From NCBI GenBank assembly GCA_038330175.1, contig JBBQNS010000002.1:13566-77565 (forward strand): DNA of 64,000 nucleotides, in the 5' to 3' direction. The translations under genes were made by a program, and so were the position numbers. Positions 49,354 through 59,248 of this stretch are shown in pieces; the stretch's first letter is position 1, and every line of letters starts with the position of its first letter. The stretch is from Kiritimatiellia bacterium (GTDB taxonomy: Bacteria; Verrucomicrobiota; Kiritimatiellia; CAIKKV01; CAITUY01). Under the pieces are notes generated by a model. The model ran no database searches and was not told the DNA's origin. It saw only the letters and a list, made by a program, of their open reading frames with translations.

Positions 49354-50859
49354 ATGCTGATGACTGAAATAGTAGTGAATGGGGTGGGTGTGGGTAAGCC
49401 GCTGGACCCCTATTGGAAACGCATGGTCTGCGGAGACCGGGCCGGGCTGGCGAGTCGGGCAGACTACCGGGCCTGTCTGGCGACGGCCGTGCGCGAATGT
49501 GGGTTTCAGAATCTGAGACAACACGGCATGTTCCACGACGACATGTTTGTTTGGCATCAGAAAGAGGGCCCCTTCAATTTTCAATATCTTTTTTCCAACT
49601 ATGACTACTATCTCTCATTGGGCCTGCGTCCGTTTGTGGAACTGAGTTTTCTACCAACATGGATGGCCAGTAACGATAACCGTATTTTCGCCGTGAAATG
49701 CGCGGGATGTCCGCCCAACAACTACGACGACTGGCACCGCTTGGTGCATACCACGGTGAAAGCACTCGTTTCCCGCTATGGGCTTGATGAGGTCCGATCA
49801 TGGAATTTTGAGCCCTGGAATGAGCCTGATATCGGATTCTGGAAGGGGACCCAGGCGGAGTATTTTGAGCTGTATCGCCGGAGTGTAGAGGCGGTGAAAT
49901 CGGTGGATCCTAGCTTGCGAGTCGGAGGTCCTGCCACTTCGAATTACATACCGGGCGCCGACGGTGTTTACCAGCCTAAATGGGTGGAAGCGTTCATGGC
50001 CTTTTGCGCGAAGAACCAGTTGCCGGTGGATTTTGTCTCAACCCATCCTTACCCAACGGATTTTCCGTTTGACGATGCCAGCCAGAAAACCCGGCGTGTA
50101 GTCCGTGACCGTGGCGCGACGGTTCAAGATTTAAAACTCCTGCGGAAAATGGTGGACAATGGCCCGTTTCCACAGGCGGCCATTCACTGTAATGAGTGGG
50201 GAAGCTCGCCATCACCCCGTGACGGTTGCCATGATCATCTGTTCAGTGGCACTTTTCTGTTGGAAAACCTTTTGAGTTGTGCGGGCTTGGTGGATTCACT
50301 GGCGCGCTGGGTATTTTGTGATGTTTCCGAGGAGGCGCCGCCTGGGGAGCGTGAGTTCCATGGAGGATGGGGACTTCTGACCGTACATGGCCTGCGTAAG
50401 CCGGGCTTCCATGCTTATGCCTTTCTTAATCGAGTAGGAGGATCCCTGCTTCATAATGGCGACGGTTGTGCGGTTTTTCGGAGTGACCGAGGCTGGCAGA
50501 TATTGCTGTTCAATCATCATCATTACAAGAATGATGAGGCGTCGTGGGAAACAGCCGCTGGTGCCGCGCAGATGATTGGTGGCGGGAAGGCTCGATCCTA
50601 TTCCCTGGCATTAGAGGGACTTCCCGAGCGGGTTCGTGTAACGCGGAGTCTGGTTGACCCTGAACACGGCTGGGCGTTATCCGCTTGGCAGGAAATGGGC
50701 TCGCCTGATTGGCCGACGTCCTCGCAATTGGAGCGCCTGCATGAGGCATCAATGCCTGAGGTGAAAATTCGAACAGAGTCGCTTCAAAACGGGCGACTGG
50801 TCTTTGAGGAAACCCTCGCGCCTCTAGGAATGATGCTAATCGAGGTGGAGAAGGTATGA
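49354..50859 (+). CDS. GH39 beta-xylosidase-like hydrolase
   Basis: RQHGMFHDDM, RPFVELSFLP, WNFEPWNEPD (acid/base), VGGPA, DFVSTHPY, NEW (nucleophile) and FHGGWGL..KP. Confidence 0.9.
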   Translation: MLMTEIVVNGVGVGKPLDPYWKRMVCGDRAGLASRADYRACLATAVRECGFQNLRQHGMFHDDMFVWHQKEGPFNFQYLFSNYDYYLSLGLRPFVELSFLPTWMASNDNRIFAVKCAGCPPNNYDDWHRLVHTTVKALVSRYGLDEVRSWNFEPWNEPDIGFWKGTQAEYFELYRRSVEAVKSVDPSLRVGGPATSNYIPGADGVYQPKWVEAFMAFCAKNQLPVDFVSTHPYPTDFPFDDASQKTRRVVRDRGATVQDLKLLRKMVDNGPFPQAAIHCNEWGSSPSPRDGCHDHLFSGTFLLENLLSCAGLVDSLARWVFCDVSEEAPPGEREFHGGWGLLTVHGLRKPGFHAYAFLNRVGGSLLHNGDGCAVFRSDRGWQILLFNHHHYKNDEASWETAAGAAQMIGGGKARSYSLALEGLPERVRVTRSLVDPEHGWALSAWQEMGSPDWPTSSQLERLHEASMPEVKIRTESLQNGRLVFEETLAPLGMMLIEVEKV

Positions 50860-51542
50860 CGACTAAGAATAAAACTTCAGAGGAACTATCAATAACGACC
50901 ACGGTGGTGGCGTTGATCGATGATTTTAAAGTGACAGGGTGTGGGGATGCGGCCGCCTGGCGAAAGGCGAAATGGCTGCCCCTGACGCGTGTCGCGGGAC
51001 CCGCGCCTTACCGAACTCGTGCCAAACTGCTTTACTCGAAGACCGGGATATATGTGTTGGCGGATTGCGCTGATCGTCGTCTGTCCTGTACCCGTCAACC
51101 TGACATGAGTAATCTGTATCTTGAGGATGTGTTCGAATTTTTTATCTGGCCGGACGAGCGACATCCGTTATATCTGGAATACGAAATTTCTCCCTTGAAC
51201 GCCGAACTGGTCATTCTGGTGCCAAACCAGCAGGGGCGATTTATGGGGTGGCTTCCGTGGCATTACGAAGGTGACCGTCTGACCCGGCACGCGACAACGG
51301 TGCGGGGTGGCTCTCGGCGGCCCGGCGCCGCAGTAACGGGCTGGATGGCTGAATTCTTTATTCCTTTCAGCCTTTTTGCCGGAGTGGCTCAAGCGATGCC
51401 TAAGCCCGGCGATACCTGGCGCATGAACGCCTATCGCATTGACTATGATGCGGGTAAATCTACGCAATATGCTTGGTGTCCGGCAACAAAAGGTAATTTT
51501 CACGATTACCAGCAGTTCGGGGTGGTCGAGTTTGGCGCTTGA
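50856..51542 (+). CDS. Stand-alone CBM9-like sugar-binding domain protein
   Basis: RAKLLYS, EDVFEFFI, YLEYEISPL, WMAEFFIP, WRMNAYRID and FHDYQQFG. ATGA overlap with the GH39 gene. Confidence 0.8.
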   Translation: MTTKNKTSEELSITTTVVALIDDFKVTGCGDAAAWRKAKWLPLTRVAGPAPYRTRAKLLYSKTGIYVLADCADRRLSCTRQPDMSNLYLEDVFEFFIWPDERHPLYLEYEISPLNAELVILVPNQQGRFMGWLPWHYEGDRLTRHATTVRGGSRRPGAAVTGWMAEFFIPFSLFAGVAQAMPKPGDTWRMNAYRIDYDAGKSTQYAWCPATKGNFHDYQQFGVVEFGA

Positions 51543-51611
51543 GGGCGGGGGGTAAGAATCCAAAATCCAGAATTCAGGAATCACCACGCACAAAGTTAAG
51601 GGAGAACAAAT

Positions 51612-52670
51612 ATGATCCGACGATTTGAGAACAATCCGATTATCAGTCCGCGAGACGTCAAACCGTCCCGTGAAGATTTTGAAGTGATGTGTGCTTTTAA
51701 TGCGGGTGCAACCCGTTTTAAAGGGGGGGTCGTGCTTCTGGTTCGTGTCGCAGAACGCCCCGTGCCGCGACCGGGGTATGTCGCCACCGCGACTTACAAT
51801 CCCCAGTCAGGGCAGGTCGAACCGTTGTTCATTAAGCTGGATGATCCAGACCTAAAATCAAGCGATCCGCGGGCTTTCGAATACAAAGGCAAGATCTACC
51901 TGACCAGTATCAGTCATCTGCGCCTTGCAACGAGTAAGGATGGTCGGCATTTTCAAGTTGATGAGAAACCAGCCTTAGGGCCGCAATCGGAATATGAGCT
52001 TTATGGTGTGGAAGACCCCCGGATCACGCAATTGAATGATTGGTATTATGTGAATTACAGTGCCATTTCATTACGAGGGGTTGCTACCGCCTTGGCGCGT
52101 ACCCGTGACTTTCAGCATTTCGAGCGGCTGGGCTTAATTTTCCCGCCGGATAATAAAGACATCGCCATTTTCCCAGAAAAAATTGGAGGTCGGTATTACA
52201 CGTTCCACCGGCCGTCCATGAAACAATTAGGGGCACCCTCTCTGTGGTTGGCTTCTTCGGACAACCTCCGTGACTGGGGCCGGCATGAGTTTATCATAGG
52301 GCCGCGGCCGGGGATGTGGGATAGCGAGCGAGTGGGCTGCGGTGCGGCGCCGATAAAGACCCCACAGGGCTGGCTTGCCCTGTATCATGCTTCAGATGAA
52401 AAGGTGCGCTACTGTACCGGTGCCGTGCTACTCGATCTTGAAGCCCCTTGGAAGGTGTTGGCTCGTAGTCGCGATCCCTTCCTGTTTCCCGAAGCGTCTT
52501 ATGAGACGTCGGGCTTTTTACCCAATGTCATTTTTCAAAACGGGCTTCTGGAGAACGGGGATGGCACGCTCACCCTGTACTACGGTGCCGCTGATGACAA
52601 GACATGTGGCGCAGAGGTCGCGATCAAAGACATTCTGGCTTCTTTGACGCCTGAGTCCCTTACGACTTGA
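51612..52670 (+). CDS. GH130 beta-mannoside phosphorylase/hydrolase
   Basis: NPII, FNAGA, YLTSISHLRLA, GVEDPRI, NKD, HRP, YHA, NVIF and YYGAAD. Confidence 0.9.
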   Translation: MIRRFENNPIISPRDVKPSREDFEVMCAFNAGATRFKGGVVLLVRVAERPVPRPGYVATATYNPQSGQVEPLFIKLDDPDLKSSDPRAFEYKGKIYLTSISHLRLATSKDGRHFQVDEKPALGPQSEYELYGVEDPRITQLNDWYYVNYSAISLRGVATALARTRDFQHFERLGLIFPPDNKDIAIFPEKIGGRYYTFHRPSMKQLGAPSLWLASSDNLRDWGRHEFIIGPRPGMWDSERVGCGAAPIKTPQGWLALYHASDEKVRYCTGAVLLDLEAPWKVLARSRDPFLFPEASYETSGFLPNVIFQNGLLENGDGTLTLYYGAADDKTCGAEVAIKDILASLTPESLTT

Positions 52671-52742
52671 ATCAATCAGTGCAAAAGAACCCACCCCCGC
52701 CCCTCCGAGGCAGAGATTTTCAAGGCGTAGATGATTAGACTC

Positions 52743-52865
52743 ATGAGGCTTTTGCAAAACCCCCAGAGAAAACGGTCGTGACGAAGCACGCCCCTCGAGC
52801 AGCCTGTCTTTGCAATATGGAGGGACGACCTCCGTGTCGTCCTCAGGGTTTTGCAAGAGGCTCAT
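52743..52865. mobile_element. MITE-like element with 20-bp imperfect terminal inverted repeats enclosing two REP-like hairpins
   Basis: atgaggcttttgcaaaaccc (52743-62) vs the reverse complement of 52846-65, atgagcctcttgcaaaaccc (18/20). Internal ggtcgtgacgaagcacgcccctc and ggagggacgacctccgtgtcgtcc. Confidence 0.65.
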
Positions 52866-52952
52866 TAGCAAATACAGGCTTTTACGTCCTTCCAGAAGAT
52901 GCTGTAAACGGCCTGTATCCCCGAGGTCTCCATTACACCCTGTAATTCACGC

Positions 52953-52975
52953 GGCTCAGCAAGCTTCGCCCATCC
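52953..52975 (-). repeat. Additional REP-like palindrome
   Basis: Minus strand ggatgggcgaagcttgctgagccg has the same GGA(G/T)GG-plus-hairpin layout as the REPs inside the MITE. Confidence 0.4.
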
Positions 52976-53006
52976 AGAAGACATAATCTCCTCTATGAAT
53001 TACCTC

Positions 53007-53046
53007 TTGATCTCGTGCCGTCTATTTTGTAAAGTGAGTCAATCAC
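53007..53046 (+). promoter_or_regulatory. Promoter and candidate autoregulatory operator of the second regulator
   Basis: TTGATC-N17-TAAAGT. The palindrome GTGA-gtcaa-TCAC (53034-53046) overlaps -10/+1. Confidence 0.5.
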
Positions 53047-53055
53047 AGAATCACT

Positions 53056-54165
53056 ATGAACAGAAACATCGTCATTCGAACGCAATTGCACTCAAAAGTG
53101 GCTGATTTGTTGCGATCTCAGATTTTATTGCAGAGCAAACCCGGTGATAAACTGGAGGGTGAGCGTGACTTGGCGGCGCGTTTCGGTGTGAGCGTGGGCA
53201 CCCTCCGCGAAGCGTTACGGTCGCTAGCGCAAGAAGGACTGCTGACCCGGCGTCATGGAAGCGGCACCTTTGTAAGCGATCGGTCGGGAGACCAGCACGT
53301 GGGCATTCTGATCGAGTTGGAGGTGTCCCACCCCCGCGCGTCACGGTTTCATTTGCGGGCGGGTCAGGAACTAAAGGATTACCTTCTGGCGCACGGGGTT
53401 CCTGCCCGGCTCTACCTGGGGCGGACACAACCCGGCAGTGTCTCGTTGCAGGTAACCTGTCCGGAATTCAGACATGAACTGGCGGCCGGTCGCCTGAGTG
53501 CCGTTGCGACGATTGTGGCCCCATGGGGGCGCGAGTGGTTGGCGTCAATCGAAAAGCAGGGACTCCCCGTTGTGGGGTTATGGACCGATACCCTCCCTTG
53601 CCGGGTTGACCTCGATTATCCAGGCATGGTTGCGCAGGGTACGCGTTATCTGATGGAACATGGGCGGCATAAGCTGGCGCTTCTGGGTTGGGGTGATCGA
53701 ACCCAGACCCAAACGTTCAGGCGTGTCATGGAAGCTGCCGGCATTCGGTCTCGCGAAGCTTGGATTTGCTCGGAGCTTAATCCAAGTCTGCCGGGAGCCG
53801 GCTGGGAAGAGTTCCGCGAGATGTGGGTGTCCGGCGCGGAGAAGCCCGACGGCTTGCTGGTTCTGGACGATATGCTATTCGACGACGTCAAAACTGCAAT
53901 TCTGGAGATGGGCATCCGCGTGCCGGAGCAACTCACGGTCGTGACCCATGCTAACAAAGGAGCGGGGCTTACGGCGCCATTTCCCTTCGCTCGAGCCGAG
54001 TTCGATCCCGACAAGTCTGCCCGTGAATTGGGCGGTCTGTTGTTGAAATTGATCAGAAAAGAACCGGTGGATTCGCCGGTGGTTACACAAGGGTTTCAGT
54101 GGTGCGTGCCGGAGGAGGATCTCATTCGGTTCGTGCCAGTGACGCATGCTGAGGCGGTGGAGTGA
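53056..54165 (+). CDS. Second GntR-HTH / LacI-sensor transcriptional regulator
   Basis: [67 protein letters not shown] and GIRVPEQL. Confidence 0.9.
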   Translation: MNRNIVIRTQLHSKVADLLRSQILLQSKPGDKLEGERDLAARFGVSVGTLREALRSLAQEGLLTRRHGSGTFVSDRSGDQHVGILIELEVSHPRASRFHLRAGQELKDYLLAHGVPARLYLGRTQPGSVSLQVTCPEFRHELAAGRLSAVATIVAPWGREWLASIEKQGLPVVGLWTDTLPCRVDLDYPGMVAQGTRYLMEHGRHKLALLGWGDRTQTQTFRRVMEAAGIRSREAWICSELNPSLPGAGWEEFREMWVSGAEKPDGLLVLDDMLFDDVKTAILEMGIRVPEQLTVVTHANKGAGLTAPFPFARAEFDPDKSARELGGLLLKLIRKEPVDSPVVTQGFQWCVPEEDLIRFVPVTHAEAVE

Positions 54166-54214
54166 AGTCACGGTACGCAGGTTCGATTCAAACAGATAAT
54201 AATAGAGGGGGTAA

Positions 54215-57200
54215 ATGACAATGAAGACATGGCTGCTTTTTCTAATGGTCGTTGGCCTGGCGGTGGGGACGCAGGCGGAGATAAGGACACCTTACCTGAG
54301 CGACAGTCATACGCTCCACCTATATCACTTAGACGAGAGTAGTGGCGCCATTCAGGATTCAGGTTCGGGCGGGCCGATCCATCTGAATGACGTGGTGGCC
54401 ACCTATTCCAACACGGCCTATGCGGCAGGTTATGGGACCAGTCTGTACATGATTCCCAACGGCTATTATGCGACCCCCACGAACATCGGCGGTCGCGCGG
54501 CAACCAGTGGAGGGGTCAGTCAGACTCTCTTTCAAGCAGCGAGCGGCGCCTTCACATACGAGGCCCTGATTAAGATCTCCAATACCAGTTCCAACCAGTA
54601 TATTATGAGTCATGATGGTCAGAACACTCGCGGCTGGAATTTCTTCATTACCAACGGTACGGTGGCATTCACTCCGAATGGTGGCGTCGCCACGCACACC
54701 ACGACGATTCCAGTGTCAGGCCCCAACGCGTTCAACAGCAATGGGTGGTTCCATGTGGCGGCGACGTACAATGGCACCGAGAACACGACCAGCAACCTTC
54801 TATTTTACTGGACTGCGCTGTCTCCTGGCGTCACGAATGCCAACCTGATTGGTTCTGCCCAAATGACCATCGATGCCTTGGCCAACACGAATAATTTCAT
54901 CGTGGGATGCTTGGCGCGTAGCCCGTCCCGACTGCAACTGATGGGCTGGATCGACGAGGTGCGGATCAGCGACAACGCGCGGGGTTCCGGTGAGTTCATT
55001 TTCCGCATTCCCCCGACGGTGCAGAACGCCGGCGCATCGAACGTTACGTTTACCTCGGCCGACCTACAGGGCACGCTCAGCTCAACGGGCCAGGCGGCCA
55101 CGGCGGTTCTGCTCTATTGGGGACCGACGGACGGAAATACCAACGCTGCGGCCTGGGCCAACACCAACCTGTTTGCGTCGCCGCAAGGGATCGGCTCACT
55201 GAGCACAAATGTGACCTTCGGCGTCTCCAACGCCATCTATTATTACCGGTTTTGCGCCACGAACGCGAACGCGGATGGCAGTGTCGTCTGGGCGACTAAC
55301 TCCTCCACTTTTATGCCCGGTGAAGTTTGGGTTCAACCGACGACGCCCACGGCCGCCTATGGCACGCCCGGCGCATTTACCGTGTATCGGCCGACTACCG
55401 CCACCAATGGCCCGCTGACCTTCGCCTATACGCTCAGCGGCAGCGCGAGTAATAGTCTGGATTACACGACGTTGAGCGGGAGCGTGGTCGTTCCTGACGG
55501 CGCATCCAGCGCAATCGTGACGCTGGCTCCCACGCTGGACATGGATCCGACCAACGAAGAGGCCACCCTGACGTTGATCGCCGCCTCCTATAAGGTCGGC
55601 ACACCGGCTGCGGCCACTGTGACCATCACGCCGTGGTCGGGGCTGACCGCGATCACCGGGAACTGTTACGTGGCCGTCAGTGGAAACGACACGTGGGCCG
55701 GCACCAACTGGGCCACGGCCTTCGCGACGATTAGCAACGGGGTTGGGCGCGCGACGAACGGCCAGACCGTTTTGGTGGGCGTAGGAACGTACAACGTCTC
55801 TACACAGATCAATGTGACGTCCAACATCACCCTGCTGGGCGTGGGGGGCGCCACAAACACCATTGTCCGGCGCGATCCGGCCAACATCAGCAGCAATCGG
55901 GTTCTTTTCATCAACGCTGCCAGTGCCATCGTGGACGGGTTCACTATCACCAATGGGTTTGAGAATACCGATGCTTATGGTGGCGGTGTGCTGATTACTA
56001 GTGGAACGTTGCGAAACTGCCTTGTAACCGGGAACACAGATATCAAGCCGTCCCAAGCGCGTCCGTATGGCGGCGGAGTGTATGTCAGCGCCGGGCTTGT
56101 GTCGAACTGCACGATCCGCGGGAACACTTCATCCGGTAGCTATGCCAAAGGTGGCGGGGTGGCGCTTGGCGGCGCTAATGCCACGGTCACTCATTGTGTA
56201 ATTATCACGAACTATGCGAACGAGAACGGCGGGGGCGTGGTTTTCGCAGGGGGTGGCAAACTCCTGAACTCACTTATTGCATACAACACCGCAACCACTT
56301 CATCGGGGGTACTGCTTGATAACTCCGGGAGTCCGAGTATGGTCAACTGCACCGTTGTCTCCAACTCGTGCAACGTGGGAGGATTTGCGCTCTATGCACC
56401 GTCGCCTGCCACCGCTATTTCCAACTCGATTATTTACCACAATATCAATGGCGACATCCGTGCCAGCGATGCCGCCTATTTTGGCTTTTGTTGTGCCACC
56501 GGCTTGTCAGCGGGAGTCAACGGTAATATTACCAATGCGCCGCTTTTTGCAGGGCCCACGGATTTCCATCTCTCTTCCGCCTCACTCTGCATTGACCGCG
56601 GTTTCAGCGGCGCGTGGCAAGCCACGGACCGCGATCTGGACGGCAACCTTCGCATTCAGCATGGCGCGGTCGATATGGGGCCGTACGAGACGCCCGCCGG
56701 GTTCGGCTGCAACTTGGTGAGTGATCGGATAACAGGTTTTGCGCCATTGACAAATGTCTTTACCGCTTATGTGTCGGGAACTAACCTCACCGGGCTCTAT
56801 TATGCATGGGACGTCAACGCGGACGGAGTTATCGATGTACAGGGTTCCGATAAACAGATCATCACAAACATCTATACGATACCGGGGTTGTACTCCGTCG
56901 CTCTGCTGGTCAGCAATGCCGTCGGGCAGGTGGATGCCTTCACCAATCTAAACTACATCAGTGTTTCAACGGCGTCGATGTATGTGTCACCGACCGGATC
57001 CCAAACCCTGCCCTATTCGACGTGGGACACGGCCGCGACAAGCGTTCAGGCTGCGGTCAGTTTTGCGTCGGATGGAGCGACTATCCGGATCACTAACGGG
57101 ACGTACAGACTGGCTAATACGGTTACTCTTTCGTTGGGCATAACCCTGAAAGGCTACAACGGTGCAAATTCAACCGTTATCGAAGGCAACGGCGTCAATC

Positions 57201-59221
57201 CGTGTTTTCTTCTGAACAACGGCGCGGCGGTCCTGGATGGATTGACCGTCAGTAACGGCGTCAGTGCCACGGATGGCGGCGGAATGACGGTGTCCACCGG
57301 TACAGTTCAGAACTGTATCATCCGCAACAATAGTGCCGGCCGATACGGCGGCGGCATCTATCTCGGGAATGGCTTGGTTAAAAATTGCGTGATTCAGCGC
57401 AATGCCTCCTTGGGCAACACGGCGCCTCTGACTTCAGCTGGCGGCGGAGTCTACATGACCAATGGCGTGGTGTTGCACTGCACGATCGCCGACAACACGG
57501 CGGTTCGGGGCAGCACAACCGGCGGAGACGGTCTGGTGATGACTGGGGGCAGTGTGTCGAACTCGATCATCTATTTCAATAGCGTCTTCCCCTATGTACA
57601 GTACCAGCGCAACGTCGTCAAATCCGGTGGCACGTTTGCCTACTCCTGCACGATTCCCGCTGTGGTTGGAACCAGCAATACCGTGGCCGATCCGCAGTTT
57701 GCGGACCGTCTTGCCGGCAATTACCGGCTGCTTCCCGGTAGCCCCTGCATTGACCGCGGTACCAACATGGTGGGTCTTACGACCGACATCGATGGCGTGA
57801 GCCGGCCAGCGGATGGGGACACCGTTGCAGGTGCCATCGCCGATATGGGTGCGTATGAGGCGGAGGCAATCAACGCGGGCGCTTTCCGCTGCAACTTCAT
57901 TGCCGTCACCAACGAAGGCGTTAATGCGCTCTCCAACGTGATCTTCAACGCTTACGTCGCGGGGGCCGTCACAAATGTGCAGTCCTATTTCTGGGACTTC
58001 ACGAATGATGGCAGCATTGACCTTGCGGGTGCTGGCGTCAATCCGGTGTCAAATACCTATGGAGTCGGATTCTATTCCGTCCGGCTAGTGGTCACGAACA
58101 CCTCTAGTCAGGGCTCCTCGGTGGTCAAACCCGCCTACGTGCGGGTAGCCTCGCCGAATCTCTATGTGTCGACCATTGGGTCGGCCACGCTGCCCTATGA
58201 TACCTGGGCCAAGGCGGCCACAAATCTCAATGCGGCGGTGGAGGCGGCGTATACGGTTGGCTGTACCCAACAGGTCATCGTCACGAATGGGCAATATGGT
58301 CTTGATCGCCAGTTGGAACTGCTGGGCCCGATTGTCCTGACAGGACTTGGTGGTGCCAGCAACACCGTGGCGTACCGGACTGGTGCCTACTTCCATCGAA
58401 TTGCATATATGACGAGCGCGGCGTCGGTCATCGATGGCTTCACGATCACCAACGGCTACGAAAACACAGCATCTTATGGGGGTGGTGTGTTGATGTCCAC
58501 CGGCTCGCTACAGAACTGTGTCGTGATCAAGAACACCGACACGAAGCTTGACGACGTTCGCCCCATGGGCGGTGGGATCTATGCCTCGGGCGGCGTCATC
58601 TCCAATTGCGTGATCGCGCAGAACACCTCCAGCGGATCCAATGGCAAAGCCGGGGGACTCTATGTGAACAATGCAGTGGTTCAACGCTGCACCATCTTTG
58701 CGAATAACGCGAACGAGGGGTACGGCGGCGGGGTGATTTTGCAAGGCGCCAGCCGCGTTGAGAACTGCCTTATTCGCAGCAACAATGCCGCCACGGTGGC
58801 CTTCATGAACGCGAACAAGGCCTTGATCAGGAACTGTACGATCGTGGAAAACACAGGTCTCGGGGCGTTCACGATTGACACTGGCTCAATCTCTTGCACG
58901 GGGCTGAACTGTATCGTCTACAATAACGGCGGAGCGGAGATCGCCGTGGCCAGCGCGACTTCGGCCATTCAATACTCTTGTGCCTCCAATCTGACGCACG
59001 GTTCCAACAACAACATCACCAATGACCCGATGTTTGTGAGTCGTGTAACCGGCGATTTCCGCCTGCAACCGCGGTCACCTTGCATCGACCTCGGCATTTC
59101 GGCGGGTTGGACGCGGGCAGATGTGGATCTGGCTGGCAGCACGCGGTGGGCTGGACAGGAGGTGGACATGGGTGCTTACGAAGCGCCATCCAACAGTGGT
59201 ACGGTGTACGTGATCAGATGA
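54215..59221 (+). CDS. Large secreted surface protein: LamG-like domain, Calx-beta-like domain, three beta-helix / choice-of-anchor-Q-like modules and two PKD domains
   Basis: Signal peptide, WFHVAATY..GWIDEVRISD (LamG), three blocks from YV(S/A)xxG..TWxxA to L..SxCIDxG..DxxGxxR..DMGxYE, and YxWD..DG..G.YSV.L.V.N (PKD). Confidence 0.85.
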   Translation: MTMKTWLLFLMVVGLAVGTQAEIRTPYLSDSHTLHLYHLDESSGAIQDSGSGGPIHLNDVVATYSNTAYAAGYGTSLYMIPNGYYATPTNIGGRAATSGGVSQTLFQAASGAFTYEALIKISNTSSNQYIMSHDGQNTRGWNFFITNGTVAFTPNGGVATHTTTIPVSGPNAFNSNGWFHVAATYNGTENTTSNLLFYWTALSPGVTNANLIGSAQMTIDALANTNNFIVGCLARSPSRLQLMGWIDEVRISDNARGSGEFIFRIPPTVQNAGASNVTFTSADLQGTLSSTGQAATAVLLYWGPTDGNTNAAAWANTNLFASPQGIGSLSTNVTFGVSNAIYYYRFCATNANADGSVVWATNSSTFMPGEVWVQPTTPTAAYGTPGAFTVYRPTTATNGPLTFAYTLSGSASNSLDYTTLSGSVVVPDGASSAIVTLAPTLDMDPTNEEATLTLIAASYKVGTPAAATVTITPWSGLTAITGNCYVAVSGNDTWAGTNWATAFATISNGVGRATNGQTVLVGVGTYNVSTQINVTSNITLLGVGGATNTIVRRDPANISSNRVLFINAASAIVDGFTITNGFENTDAYGGGVLITSGTLRNCLVTGNTDIKPSQARPYGGGVYVSAGLVSNCTIRGNTSSGSYAKGGGVALGGANATVTHCVIITNYANENGGGVVFAGGGKLLNSLIAYNTATTSSGVLLDNSGSPSMVNCTVVSNSCNVGGFALYAPSPATAISNSIIYHNINGDIRASDAAYFGFCCATGLSAGVNGNITNAPLFAGPTDFHLSSASLCIDRGFSGAWQATDRDLDGNLRIQHGAVDMGPYETPAGFGCNLVSDRITGFAPLTNVFTAYVSGTNLTGLYYAWDVNADGVIDVQGSDKQIITNIYTIPGLYSVALLVSNAVGQVDAFTNLNYISVSTASMYVSPTGSQTLPYSTWDTAATSVQAAVSFASDGATIRITNGTYRLANTVTLSLGITLKGYNGANSTVIEGNGVNPCFLLNNGAAVLDGLTVSNGVSATDGGGMTVSTGTVQNCIIRNNSAGRYGGGIYLGNGLVKNCVIQRNASLGNTAPLTSAGGGVYMTNGVVLHCTIADNTAVRGSTTGGDGLVMTGGSVSNSIIYFNSVFPYVQYQRNVVKSGGTFAYSCTIPAVVGTSNTVADPQFADRLAGNYRLLPGSPCIDRGTNMVGLTTDIDGVSRPADGDTVAGAIADMGAYEAEAINAGAFRCNFIAVTNEGVNALSNVIFNAYVAGAVTNVQSYFWDFTNDGSIDLAGAGVNPVSNTYGVGFYSVRLVVTNTSSQGSSVVKPAYVRVASPNLYVSTIGSATLPYDTWAKAATNLNAAVEAAYTVGCTQQVIVTNGQYGLDRQLELLGPIVLTGLGGASNTVAYRTGAYFHRIAYMTSAASVIDGFTITNGYENTASYGGGVLMSTGSLQNCVVIKNTDTKLDDVRPMGGGIYASGGVISNCVIAQNTSSGSNGKAGGLYVNNAVVQRCTIFANNANEGYGGGVILQGASRVENCLIRSNNAATVAFMNANKALIRNCTIVENTGLGAFTIDTGSISCTGLNCIVYNNGGAEIAVASATSAIQYSCASNLTHGSNNNITNDPMFVSRVTGDFRLQPRSPCIDLGISAGWTRADVDLAGSTRWAGQEVDMGAYEAPSNSGTVYVIR
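55667..59185 (+). repeat. Three diverged intragenic modules starting at about 55667, 56981 and 58163
   Basis: Modules 1 and 3 share DGFTITNG(F/Y)ENT..YGGGVL..G.L.NC.V..NTD.K....RP.GGG.Y.S.G..SNC.I..NTSSGS..K.GG. Confidence 0.85.
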
Positions 59222-59248
59222 TCCACACAACCCTAGAATAAGAGGATC

